Shown: positions 51,106 through 64,000 of the stretch, in pieces
How the letters are laid out: every line of letters begins with the position of its first letter
Numbering within the stretch: the stretch's first letter is position 1
Origin: Octopus sinensis
Taxonomy: Eukaryota
Assembly (NCBI RefSeq): GCF_006345805.1
Contig: NC_043016.1
Location: 1,860,001-1,924,000, forward strand
Reading direction: 5' to 3'
Length of the DNA stretch: 64,000 nucleotides
Notes under the pieces: generated by a model
The model's input: the letters and a program-made list of their open reading frames with translations, nothing else
Databases searched by the model: none
What the model was told of the DNA's origin: nothing
Made by a program: the position numbers and the translations under genes

Positions 51106-54100
51106 AAACGATTTTCCACATTGGAACTGCATTCAGACGACTTGGTAATGATACCAATCTACTTAAACCAGAGAGTGACGAAAGTCCAAATAAAAAATGT
51201 ACCACCTGAAGTCGAAACACAATGGTTAGTCTCTGCCATCTGCTTTGAAATGGCAGAGACAATGTCAGAGACAAACATCCTTGAAATCACTGTTCTAGGA
51301 CAGAAAGACTGGGAGGGAAAATCAATCCAATTCCTTCTTCAATTGGATGAAACAGCAAGAGAAAAGATACCCACCACTATAGAACACTGCCAGGAGGCTA
51401 CAAACTTTATGTAGTGGTAGACGGCAGGCGACCACGCTGCTATTTGTGTGGAAGCGAAACACACTTGAAAAAGACGTGCCCAACCACTGCACACCAAGAG
51501 CAACACAACAAGCTCTACTACCACACCACCATCAACACAGAAGACGACAAGAGAAGCACACCAAGCTAATCCGTCAACAACCAAAAATCACTCAACACCT
51601 GAGAAAATCCCACACCACCAACAACAGCAAGAACCAAAGTAACAGAAAAACAAAGAAAAACACAAAAACTGATTCCCCATCCCTTATACCGCACTCACCC
51701 ACACACAAACACTCAACAACAACAGCAACGAAAACAACAGCACAACCACTTACACAGACATACATGAAGCCTACAACATACCCCTACCCCTACTGATTAC
51801 TCAGGAATTTCGTCGGAAGACGAAACCAGTGAGGAATGGCAAATAGCTACAAAAAGAAGGAAAATAAAGAGCAGAAACACAACCACACCAAATGCAACCA
51901 CGAACAAAGTAGGGGGAAATACATCTCCCGAAGACATTTCGAAACCCAACAAAAACAACAGCCACACCAACACCACAAAAATATATACAGCAAACATGCT
52001 CACAGCTCACAGACACCAAAAACACAAATTTGATGGAATACATCAAATCTAAAACAAACATAACAGAAGATGACATAAAAACAAACAATCACCCATACAC
52101 AACACCACCAGACCACATCAAAATATTACACATCTCCAAAAGTCTGCACCACACAGTAAAAGGCATTTTCCCCAGTGCGGTTGGTAACTGCCAAAAATAC
52201 CTCACAAAGAAATTTTACTGGGATCTCCTCGAGGACAAACCAAAGGAGAAGAAAGCAAAACTTTCGAGCAGTAAGTAACCCTCTGTTCCTTTCGCTTGTA
52301 TTCTAATTCACTAGGATTATGATCAAGATTGGTTGTATAAATGCCCGTGGCTTGGGGTCCTCTGGGAAACAAGGGTACCTCTTAAATGACACAAGTAAGA
52401 AATCATAGTCATAAGTGAGACCAGACTCCACAATCCTTGGGACCTAAAGACCATGTTTGGCGGACAGTTCAACATTTATTTTCCCCCCTGTCTGCCAAGA
52501 ATGGGCGGTACCTCTTAAATGACATAAAGTCACATAAGTTAGAAATCATAGCCATAAGTGAGACCAGACTCCACAATCCGCGGGCCCTAAAGACCATGTT
52601 TGGCGGACAGTTCAACGTATTTTTCCCCCTGTCTGCGAAGAATTGGCAGTAGTTGCACCGCGGTACTTTTTCGCAAGAGTCTGGATCTCAAAGTAAAGAC
52701 AATATTCGTAGACCCGGAGGGTAGACTGGTCGTCCTGGATGTCGACGGCAGCAATGGGTGCGCTTTTCGACTCGTATCAGTCTACGCACCGCCCTTAACA
52801 GGTCGGGCGGATTTCTTTCAACGTCTAGAAGTATTTACTCTTAGTGGGGGATTGGAATGCTACCTTGGACACGCATGTAGACTACGTGGGTAGAGATAGG
52901 AATAGACGGGGATGCAAATGCCTCAGAGACCTGCTCAGACGCTTTCAACTGTCTGCAGGTTCCGACTAGGCCACCCGAATGCACCAACGTGGACATGGAG
53001 CAACCGCATCGGGTCGTCGAGATCGTATCTAGGTAGGATACTGTGTAGGAAAGAGATAGAGATAGCATAGGATGTCCACAATTCCACATAGTCAGCTACA
53101 CGGATCACAAAACTTGTGACATGTACGCTAGACTTAGGTAAGACACTTAGGCAGGGTCCCGGATACTGGAAACTAAACGCGTCTTTCCCATCGAGACAGG
53201 TTTTCAGAGACCGGATTAGCACAATAGTAAAGAGGGCTTTGACGGGAGCCATCATCAACAACAAATGGTGGTTTGCCCTCAAGAGAGCAGTAAAAGCAGA
53301 AGCGATTAGGTACAGCAAAGCACTAGCCATAGATAGAAATAGAGTAGAGGGTGAGCTAGTTAAGAAGCTAGAGAGGGCAATTAGAAGCGGCATCGCATCC
53401 GACGTTTGGCGGCGAGGTTGGCCCTCGACCAACACTTCAACGCAAACACGAAGGGTGTGCTGTCAGTGCTAGGATGCGTGCTCTAAGGAACGAAGGTGTT
53501 GGAGCCGCGAGAGAGGCCGGGTGGAAGAGGCGCAACAGGGCAACAAAGCCACCATTCGGTCTCTGGTAGATGAACAGGGGCGAGAATTGATCGAGCCAAG
53601 TAAAATGTGTGAGGCCTTTCAACAGCATTTTGCCCGACTGTTCGGGACGAGTGGCGGGCAAGAACGTAGGGTGGACTTCAGTGCCTACCTACACAGCCTA
53701 CCACGACTCTCGACAAGAGAGGCTGGGCGCTGCGAAGGTGCCATCACGGCAGCGGAAGTGCAATACGCGATGGCAGAATGCTCGAGGGACATATCACCGG
53801 GTTTGGATGGTCTACCCTACGAGCTTTACAATTGTATGCCAGACTTGTTTGGAGACGTCTTGACAGCGGTGTACTGCAACTGGCAGCAAAATGGGAGCAT
53901 TCCTGGTTTTGTGAGCCGACGAGCCGTAACACTGCTGAAGAAAGATCTAAACAAGGGAAATGTAATAGATAACTTTAGGTCCATCACTCTGCTTAATGCA
54001 GCTTGAATTTTTGGCCAAGGTGCTAGCCAAGAGGTGCGCGCTTGTCATCGAGAAACTGGTCGACAAGGCGCAAACATGCGCCGTGCCGGGCCGGACCATC

Positions 54101-55940
54101 CATGACAACCTCCACCTGATGCGCTACATCATAGACAGGTAGTTAACGAACCTGGCATGGGTGGGGCGCTGATCAATTTGGATCAATCGAAAGCTTTGAT
54201 AGGGTAGACCATCGATACTTGGAGGCAGACCTCAGCGGCTGGTTTCGGTCCGTCTTCCGCGGCTGGATAGCCGCTTTGTAAAGAGGCATCCGTTGGGTAA
54301 TTCGCGTAAATGGACATCTATCGAGACCTTTCGCCTTCGCACGTTCGGTCCGTCAGGGATGCCAACCTCTCGTCGCTTTTATACGTATTGACTCTCGAGC
54401 CATTATTGCGGAAGCTGGCAACCTTGAGGTACATCCCGCAAGAACTGGGATGCGGGACGAGCGTGTCTGCATACGCGGACGACGTCACCGTCATAGTGTC
54501 TAGCCACGAGCACATCGAGCAGGTCGGCGAGACACTGAAAAACTACGAAGCGGTGACAGGAGCGAAAATCAACCGGGAAAAGTCAGTGGGCTTGCGACTA
54601 ACCACCTGGAGAAGCAAGCCAATGCCGTCCACCAGCGCCTCCGTCGTGGGACGCTGGACCGACGGCCTGGTCGAGTTGCTCGGTGTCTGGTCGGTCGGAC
54701 CTCCAAGTGGAGAAGAACTGCAACGAGATAACGAATAGTGTGGTCACTCCCGCCGGCAATGGGCCGAGAGGAAACTGTCCCTAAAAGGTCTGGCGAAGGT
54801 AGCGAACACGTACATCGCGTCCCATCATCTACTACCGCCTGACCGTCGTGCCTTGTCCCGACCCTACCATCACCAAACTAGAACGCATTCTCTTTCGCTT
54901 CTTGTGGAAAGGATGCGTGCCGATGGTCAGGCGATCCATTTGCTGTCAACACCCGTTAAAAGGAGGGCTGGACATGCCGTCGTTGATGATGCGCAGACAC
55001 GCGCTGAGACTGCGACATCTCAGGCTCTTCGTAGACGACGGTGAACAGGTGTGGTCGCCGTTTGTGAGGCATGCTTTCCCGCAACTCGTCTTCATGACCG
55101 AACTGCAGTTGTGGACACTCGTGCAGTGTCCAACAATTTCCGATCTGTGGGCTTATGTGGAGCAACTGCTGTCACGTGTGGGACGAGTCGGTTTATCAGC
55201 TGAGACTATCGTCAATATTGTCACGCCTCCTTCCTTCAAACGGGAAGGAAAAGCTATTTTCATCATCCTTGTGGCTATGGCGAAAGAATGTATCTGGTGG
55301 ACGCGTCTGAAAGGATTGGAGTCAAACACTTTCCTCTCTGGTCAATCTCTCATCAACTTCTTCAAGTACCACTTGAAAAGGAAAGTGAGAGTAGAGAGGC
55401 AAGTTTTGTCTAGCGAATGTTTCAAAAAAAAGATGGGTGAATGTAGCAAGGATGGCACGTATGAATGACGAAGCCACCTTGAGCATAATCCTATGAACCC
55501 AGAAATTCAAAACAGAGGGTTACCCACTCGCAAACAAATGTGGTAACATGTAACAATATTGACCAAGGTTACCGTGGTCTTTTTCGTAGGCTTTTCTTCC
55601 ACGGATAAACCTTACTTGCTTCCTTTACCACCATACATCATAAACACTGTGATACACGATCCCTATTAATCGTTTTTTTTTCCTCTTCCCCTTTATCCCC
55701 CCTTTTTTCCTCTTTTTTTCAGTTCTCTTTTCTTTTGTTCCTTTTCCCATTTTAAAAAATTTTTTTAAAAATTCTTTTCTATTTTTCTTTTCTCCCTTTT
55801 ACGATCCCTCTTGATCGAAAACCTACGCCACCTTTGTTTTTGTTTCTTTTGTTTTTTGTTTTTTTCATCCCCCAAAAGAAAAGCTCTACCTTGTAACTTG
55901 TCCCATCTGTGTGCAGCCCTGTGTGGCCAATAAAGAAACT
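51105..55940 (+). mobile_element. Tx1/L1-clade LINE copy 4, near full length (ORF1 + APE-RT ORF2), degraded
   Basis: ORF1 ~51105-52278 with knuckle RPRCYLCGSETHLKKTC; ORF2 from ATG at 52319 with APE motifs IGCINARGL, IIAISETRL, VYAP, GPGYWKLN, then RT. Has a ~135-bp internal duplication (~52375-52640) and a ~370-bp deletion at ~55115; ends aataaagaaact-(tatc)n. Confidence 0.93.
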
Positions 55941-55993
55941 TATCTATCTATCTATCAATCTATCTATCTATTCATTCAACCATCCATCCATCC

Positions 55994-56085
<92 letters not shown>
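55941..56085. repeat. (TATC)n tract 3' of Tx1 copy 4
   Basis: Direct. Confidence 0.95.
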
Positions 56086-56120
56086 GTCTGTCTGTCTGTC
56101 TATGTATATATATATATATA

Positions 56121-56272
56121 TGGCTGTGTTGGTAAGTAGCTTGCTTACCAACCACATGGTTCCTGGCTCAGTCCCACTAGTGGCACGCTGGGAAAGTGTC
56201 TTGGGCCGACCAAATCCTTCTGAGTAGATTTGTTAGACGAGAACTGAAAGAAGCCTGTCGTATATATGTATA

Positions 56273-56329
<57 letters not shown>

Positions 56330-56369
56330 GATATATATAATAATATATATATATAAAATATGTATTATG

Positions 56370-56405
<36 letters not shown>

Positions 56406-56665
56406 TGTATGTATGTATGTATGTATGTATGTATGTATGTATGTATGTATGTGTGTGTATATGTTTGTGTGTCTGTGTTTGTCCCCCTAACATCGCTGAC
56501 AACCGATGCTGGGTGTTTATGTCCCCTAACTTAGCGGTTCGGGAAGGAGACCGATAGAATAAGTACTAGGCTTACATAGAATAAGTCATGGGGTCGATTT
56601 GCTCGACTAAAAGGGTGCTCCAGCAGGGCCACGGTCAAATGACTGAAACGAGTAAAAGAGTAAAA
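56121..56665 (+). mobile_element. SINE family A, complete layout (head, TA/TATG repeat, tail)
   Basis: Head 56121-56260, microsatellite to ~56460, tail ending gtcaaatgactgaaacgagtaaaagagtaaaa. Confidence 0.85.
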
Positions 56666-56981
56666 TATATAAAACTGAGAATGTGTGTCTGTCTGCCTGT
56701 GTGTTTCCCTAAAACTTGAGAACTACACAACCAATTTCATTCAAATTTTACACATGCCTTCCATATAGTGTCATGGGCAAAAGAATTTTTAACTTCTTGC
56801 CTAGGGCGAGCCCGCAGCAACATCATATCTTCTCCAATATTTCAGTATTACGTGTCAAAAGTGAAAGAAAAACATCTTTCTATTGTAATGTCAGATACTT
56901 TCACTTTAATACTGAAACTAATAAAGTGAAACTATTGTATAAGAGGGATGAACCATTAACAGTGGACATCCATTTTGCTAG
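56665..56981 (+). mobile_element. Non-autonomous Helitron-like element
   Basis: atatataaaactgagaatgtgtgtctgtctg.., caaccaatttcattcaaatttt, 3' ggatg..catcc hairpin then CTAG. Confidence 0.55.
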
Positions 56982-57015
56982 AAGAAGATCAGCTGTGGTC
57001 TTATATGCTAATTAT

Positions 57016-57050
<35 letters not shown>

Positions 57051-57094
57051 TGTGTATATATATATAATATATATATATATATACATAGCGGTAT

Positions 57095-57270
57095 TTTTTT
57101 CATAGCGTTTTTCAATGGCCAATAAACCGAAGATAGTGTTGTGGATTTCCACTCTTCGGCATCTGAAACTCAGTTTTATCTGGACTTTTGAGTAATTGTA
57201 GCATATTATTTATAGATAATTTCCTCTATTTACATAATATTGATGTCTCTTTCTTTTTTTGTTATCTACC
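57095..57270. repeat. Dispersed repeat, homologue of ~44565-44750
   Basis: gtgttgtggatttccac.cttcggcatctgaaactcag shared. Confidence 0.75.
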
Positions 57271-57419
57271 GTTTTTACCAATATATATATATATATATAT
57301 TTATACAGTCAATATATACTTGTTTTATTTATATTCCTGAGCGCCATACTAATACAATTGTTTGTTTGTACTCCACCTGCCTTTGTCTCTTGTTTATTTT
57401 CATAAAGCTTCCCGTTATA

Positions 57420-58870
57420 TATACAGTCAACCTAGCTAAAACAAAAGTCCTAATTAGTAGGAAGGTAGACAAACTACAAACACCTTCAGGTAGATGGCCC
57501 TGTTCGATCTGTAGAAAAGGCGTAGGTAGAAACTCTATAAGATGTACCCAGTGTAAGCTATGGACACATACGGGTGCAGCAATGTCAAAGGAAGGCTAAC
57601 TGGGAAGATAGATTTTTGTATGTGGCAGATGCTAAAGAGCAATAAACACTGAAATCTGCAGAAAGCTACTTCCGTCACTTTCCAGGGTAAAACACTAGAA
57701 GTAGTTGATACCTAGGTGACCAAGTCAGTAGCGGGGGCGGGTGTGCTGAAAGTGTAACTGCTAGAGTAAGAATAGCTTGGGCAAAGTTCAGAGAGCTCTT
57801 ACCCCTGCTGGTGACAAAAGGCCTCTCGCTCAGAGTAAAAGGCAGACTGTATGATGCGTGTGTACGAACAGCCATGCTACATGGCAGTGAAACATGGGCT
57901 GTGACTGCTGAGGATATGCGTAAGCTCACTTGGAATGAAGCCAGTATGCTCCGATGGATGTGTAATGTCAGTGTTCATACTCGATAGAGTGTAAGTACCT
58001 TGAGAGAAAAGTTGTATCTAAGAAGCATCAGCTGTGGTGTGCAAGAGGGACGATTGCGCTGGTATGGTCATGTGGCGAGAATGAATGAAGATAGATGTGT
58101 GAAAAGGCGCCAATCCCTAGCGGTTGAGAGAACCCGTGGAAGAGATAGACCCACGAAAACCTGGGTCGAGGTGATGAAGCACGACCTTCGAACATTAGGC
58201 CTCACCGAGGCAATGTCTACTGACCGAGACCTTTGGAAATATGCTGTGTGTGAGAAGACCCGGCAGGACAAGTGAGTCCATCCCGTGTCCTTTGCCAGGG
58301 ATGTAGCCAGCCCACTTATGCATGCGTTCCCCTCCTTGGACACGCGAAGACCTGTTGAGGCAAGTGAAGTCGAAATTGAATTTCGTAATCGAACATCATC
58401 CGACGTCTGGCACCCATGCCAACCTCCCTTCATTGGACACTAAACTCTGCTTGTGAAGACCTGTTAGGGCAAGTGAAATCGAAATCGAAATTGAACCAAT
58501 CCTATGACTGGCACCCGGCAATTGCCAGTGCCACTGGACTAACTCCTGTGCAGGTGGCAAGTAAAGAAACACCGTTTTGACCCTGTGCCAGTGGCACGTA
58601 AAAGCACCATCCGAACGTGGCCGATGCCAGCGCCGCCTTGACTGGCTTCCGTGCCGGTGACACGTAAAAAGCACCAACCGATCGTGGCCGTTGCAGCCTC
58701 GCCTGGCACGTAAAAGCACCCACTACACTCACGGATGGTTGGCGTTAGAAGAGCATCAGCTCAGATCAGACTGGAGCCTGGTGCAGCCCTTCTGGCTTCC
58801 CAACCCCGGTCGAACAGTCCCAGCATGGAAAGCGGACGTTAAACGATGATGATGATGATGATGATGAATG
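57420..58870 (+). mobile_element. 5'-truncated RTE-like LINE (post-RT Cys-rich region, thumb, 3' UTR, (GAT)n tail)
   Basis: VNLAKTKV..WPCSICRKGVGRNSIRCTQCKLWTH, RLRWYGHVARM, RGRDRPTKTWVEVMK.D; stop at 58275; ends cagcatggaaagcggacgttaaac-(gat)n. Confidence 0.85.
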
Positions 58871-58873
58871 ATG

Positions 58874-58939
<66 letters not shown>

Positions 58940-58942
<3 letters not shown>

Positions 58943-59068
58943 ATCTCGAAAGAAGAATGAAAGGCAAAAGCGAACTAGCAGAATTTGAACCCAGTGTGCA
59001 GGAAGCCGGAAGAAACAAGGCGAGGATATCTTCTTATTTACATAATATTAGCGACTTTGCCATTCGTC
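58940..59068 (-). mobile_element. SINE family B, very diverged
   Basis: gaatgaaaggcaaa..gcagaatttgaacccag. Confidence 0.45.
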
Positions 59069-59589
59069 TTTTTACGTACGCGCGCGCTCACACGCACAGA
59101 AACACATAAATGAATAGAAAAAAGAGAGACGGACAGAGAGAGAGAGAGAGAGAGAGAGAGAAGTGCGTATTTATGTATAAGTTTTATTCGTTCACGCTCT
59201 CCTCTGACTGTTTTAACTGACGACCAGCTGAGCTTGTCACAAACTCTGTCTGTCTGTCTGTCTCCCTGGTTCTCTCTCTCTCTCTCTCTCTGTTGCCCCT
59301 TCTCTCTCCCTCTTTCTCGCTTCACCAATGTCTATGTTATCCTCTCCCAGCATCGTGCACCTTTCCTCTCCGTTTTATCAAACTGCACTACACAAACTTT
59401 TACCACAATCCCGTCACAATCACTTCAGTTATCACCGAGCAAAGCACAACCAAAACCACAAAAATCACCACAGACACCCCTTATCATTACAACCACCACC
59501 ATCACCACCATCACGAGTACATACTTTATCGTAGTCTTCTTGTCGAACCGCTACATTTGGGTATATACGGTGATATAGTGCAAAGAACA

Positions 59590-62069
59590 TTAGTTTCTAG
59601 ACTGCAGTAATTACACGCGCACACGCACGCACACGCACGCACACACACAGACACACAGTTAAGCATGCACACGCACACACGCGCACTCAAACACATACAC
59701 ACAAAAACATACCCATGCATACACACACCCGCTCGTTAGCATACGACGCACATAGACATTTGTGTGTATGCTTGTATTAGTGGACTTGTGTATGTATATA
59801 CGAGTGACTATGTTTGTGTGTGTGTGTGTGTGTGAGTACGGCGGGCTTCTGAGCAATTTCCGTTTACCAAATTCCTAACATACACAATATATTGATTAAC
59901 CCAAGACTATTAAAGGAAAACAATTGCGTAAACTGACGGGTTGTGAGATCGAGTCTGGACCTGTGAATCGAATTTCTAAACAACATAAAGCCATACTTGC
60001 GTCAGTTAAACACACACACACACACACACACACAAACCTACGGATACACTTAACAAATGCTCACATGCACACACACTTTCTCTCTCACACGCACACACAA
60101 ACACACACCCTTACCCTCTCTCTCCCTCACACACAAACACATAGGCACACACACTCTCTCTCTCTCTCTCACACACACAAGCACATAGGCACACACACTC
60201 TCTCTCTCTCTCTCACACACACAAACACATAGGCACACACACTCTCTCTCTCTCTCTCACACACACAAGCACATAGGCACACACACTCTCTCTCTCACAC
60301 ACACACACAAACACACACACTCTCTCTCTCACACACACACACACACATAAGTGTGAATGCGTGTTTAAGAGTTTATTTACGTGCGTATTTGTGTGCGCGT
60401 GTGTGTGTTTGTGTGCGCGCGTCAACATGTATGTCTACGTATACAAGTATATGCATCTGTCTCTATTCCATATACACAGATGCACGTACTTCTATTCCAC
60501 TCACACACACACACACACACACACACACATTTACAAGTGTTCATTCATTTCTTGCATAACTTTGCTATCTTTCTTCACTCAGGCTTCACTAACTTTTCTT
60601 TTCTTTTCTTCAATTCTCTTTTGACATTGTTGTTGTTCCTGCTGCTGTGGACGTCGTTGTTATCGTTTCTTAACCCCCCTCCATCCAGCAAATAGACATA
60701 TGATCCAAGCCATTCCTTCTATTTTCCAAACATGACCATCACCGACCGTGGACCAGTTGTCATATTAATGTTTTATAAAGCGGCGCGATGGCTGAATCGT
60801 AAGCCCGCCGCCGCCGCCGCCGGACACAATGCTTAGCAGTTGTAGTATTTTGTCCTGCTTTACGTTCTGAGTTCAAATCCCGCTCAGATCGACTTTCCTT
60901 TCAAACGGTTTCCCCAAAATTTCAGGCTTTGCGTGTGTGTGTGTAATTTCTTCGTTTAAAATCTTAAAACCAGTTGGATCTTTTTGTTATTATTATTATT
61001 ATTTTAGAGTGAGATTTAGCTGCTATTTCTCAGTGATCGTGACCAGGCTATCTTCATCTTCTTCGCCCGACACTAGTGTGCTGTTATTGTTATTATTGTC
61101 ATTGTTTTCGATGATGATAATGGCGGTGGTGGGGCGGTGGTGGGGCGGTTGGTGGTGGTGGTAATGATGACGATGATGATGATGATGACGATGTTTGATG
61201 TCTGATGCTGTTATTTCTTCTTGGCCGTGCTTATTGTCGTTGCCATCCGATATTTAAGCCCCTCCCATCCATCCATCAGCATTTATACAATTTCTTTTTG
61301 TTGCCTTCTTCTTTACCCCTTTTCTTTTCTTTTTCTTTCTTCCTTTTCTTTTCTTTTTGCATTTTCTCTCCCCCCTTCCCTGTCAATCACCCTGTCCCCC
61401 TCTCTCTTTCACTCTCTCTCTGTATATATTCCTCTGCCTCCCTTTCTCCTTCTCTCCCACATTCCGTTCTTTCTCACCTTCTCGCACCGCTACTCCCGTC
61501 TCGCCTCACTCTTTCCATATCTTATCTAGCTCTCATTCTCTCTCTCTCTCTCAGTCTCTCTCTCTCTCTCACGCTTTCTCCCTCTGTCCCTCACTCTCTA
61601 CTTCTCTTATCTCTCCTCCCGCGTCACTACGACTCTGATTTTCTTACCATTCTTTTCCAGTTTATGTTGTTGTTGTTGTTCTGTGGTTTATAGCCAAGCT
61701 CCTCCCCCTTTTCTTTTTGTCTTTTTTCTCCCTCTTTTTCCTCTTGACCCTCCATCTGTTCTCCGTAGTCTTTCTCCTCCTTTCACTCTCCCTCTTCAAA
61801 CTCGCATATACACATTCCATAATTTATACATACATACATATTATCAATATTATATATATATATATATTATATTTATTATATATATATATTATATACATAT
61901 ATATATGTATATTTATATATGTATTATATATATATATATAATATAATGTAATTATATTATATATTATACATATATATATAATATATATATATATGTATTA
62001 TATATATATATATACATATATATAATATATGTATATATATATATATGTATTATATTATATATATGTATT

Positions 62070-62110
<41 letters not shown>

Positions 62111-62582
62111 TACATATATATATATAATATATATGTATTTATATATATATATATATGTATTATATATATATATATTATACATATATATATATATATATAT
62201 ATGTATTATATATATTTATATACATTATATATATATATATAGATATATGTATATTTATAATCATATATATATATATATGTATTATATATATATATATATA
62301 TATGTTATTTATATATATATATATATGTATTATATATAATATATATATATATAGATATATATATATATATATAATACATATATAATATATATATAATATA
62401 ATATATATATATATATATATATTATACATATATATTATATATATATGTATTCGTACATACATATATATGTGTGTATTATATTTATGAATACAATCTTTAT
62501 TATTATTTTAATAGTTGAGTCTATGACATGCGGCCATACTGGAGCTCCGCCTTAATATGTTATACACACAAACACACACACA

Positions 62583-62617
<35 letters not shown>

Positions 62618-63441
62618 CACACACATAACAATAAAGCATCGGCGACAACGACGAATTTGCAGGACATTGTGAAAGGATCATACATAGGCATCACAACTTT
62701 CTAGTTGTGATGTCTCTTACCCTCATTCTGTGTGTGTGTGTGTGCGAGTGTGCGAGTGAGTATGTGACTGTGTGTGTGTATCCATAGATAGATAGACTAC
62801 AGATAGATAGATAGACAGTCATAGATAGGTTGATAGATAGATAGATAGATAGATAGATAGGTAGATATACATACACACACATGCACACATACACACGACA
62901 TATATACATCTGTATATATGTCTCTCTCTCTCTCCATCTCTGTCTCTTTCGCTCGCTTTCTCTTTGTCTCCTCTATTTTTATCTTCCTCACGATTACCAT
63001 TTACATTTCACCTTTATGTTTCTCTTCCTCTTTTCGCTTCCGATATCACCACCTCACCCCTCACCCCTCACCCCTCACCCCCTCCACTCACCCCCACCCT
63101 CTTACTAATTCACCTCAATCCAAATCTCTTACCTTCCTTCTCGCTTCGTTGTCTTTTATCTCCCCAATTTCACAATCATTCCAACCACCCCGTTCAACAA
63201 CCACTATGCTCTCTCTCTCTCTCTCTCTCTCCTCTTCTTCCTCTCTCTTTTTTTCTCTCTCTCTACCCCTTCACTTTCTCTCCTCCCTGTCTATCGCTCA
63301 CCTTTTGCTATCTATCTACCTATCTATCCATATCACACCTTTCTCTCTCTCTCTCTCTCTCTCTTTCTTACTCTCAGACAAACACATTTATTCCTCTCTC
63401 TCTCTCTCTCTCATACTCACCCCTCTTTCTCATTCACACAC

Positions 63442-63484
<43 letters not shown>

Positions 63485-64000
63485 TCAAATTCTTCTCGTA
63501 TTATTCCCTTTGCACTAAACGTCCAAATCAACTTTAAACGGCTTTTCACTCGTCATTTATCTCACTGCTCCCCCCAACTCCACCCTCTCACGCGCTTTAT
63601 TCATACGTACATTGCATGCATACATATACACATACATGTATACGCACTTACATACGCACACAAACACACACATGTACGTATGTGTGTGTGTGTTCATATA
63701 TCATGCTCTATCGTTATTTCACTTCACTCTTTTTGTGTATGTGTGTATGTATATATATATATATGTGTGTGTATACACATATATGTATGTATATATATTT
63801 CTATATGTATGTATATATATATTTATATATGTATGTATATACAAACATATATACATACATATATATATATATATGAAGATAAACGGATGCGTGACGTTTA
63901 TAATAATATAAATAATATACATATATATGCATATATACATGCATGTATGTACAGACATACATATATATGCATATATAAATGTGTGTATATACATATGTAT
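59590..64000. repeat. Low-complexity zone: (CA)n, (CT)n, long degenerate (TA)n at 61830-62470, (GATA)n at ~62790-62865
   Basis: Direct; accounts for all ORFs called in this interval. Confidence 0.9.
60782..60933 (+). mobile_element. SINE family B with internal (GCC)n expansion
   Basis: ggcgcgatggctgaatcgtaagc-(cgc)n-..aatgcttagc..tacgttctgagttcaaatcccg..gatcgacttt. Confidence 0.7.

Overview
Eukaryotic, AT-rich, microsatellite-saturated non-genic or intronic DNA. The tRNA-headed SINEs and the repeat repertoire suggest a cephalopod (octopus-like) genome; this is inference, not a database result. No intact cellular gene, rRNA, true tRNA or CRISPR array is supported, and most ORFs in the track are microsatellite read-throughs. 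The window is dominated by retroelements that sort by microsatellite. (1) Several R4/Dong-clade RLE LINE lineages, plus a discrete ~555-bp non-coding element, sit in (TAA)n tracts in one orientation relative to the repeat and form head-to-tail trains at ~8-14 kb and ~28-35.4 kb. (2) Four copies of one Tx1/L1-clade LINE all sit in (TATC)n tracts in one orientation. (3) Also present are Penelope-like elements (one with ~0.65-kb inverted flanks carrying a hammerhead-like motif), RTE LINE pieces, a decayed mariner, MITEs, non-autonomous Helitrons, two SINE families, three long palindromes, a 21-bp heptad-coding repeat, one candidate host exon and a 100-N gap. Most coordinates are approximate to about 10-20 bp. 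Frequent 1-bp indels may partly be long-read assembly error.
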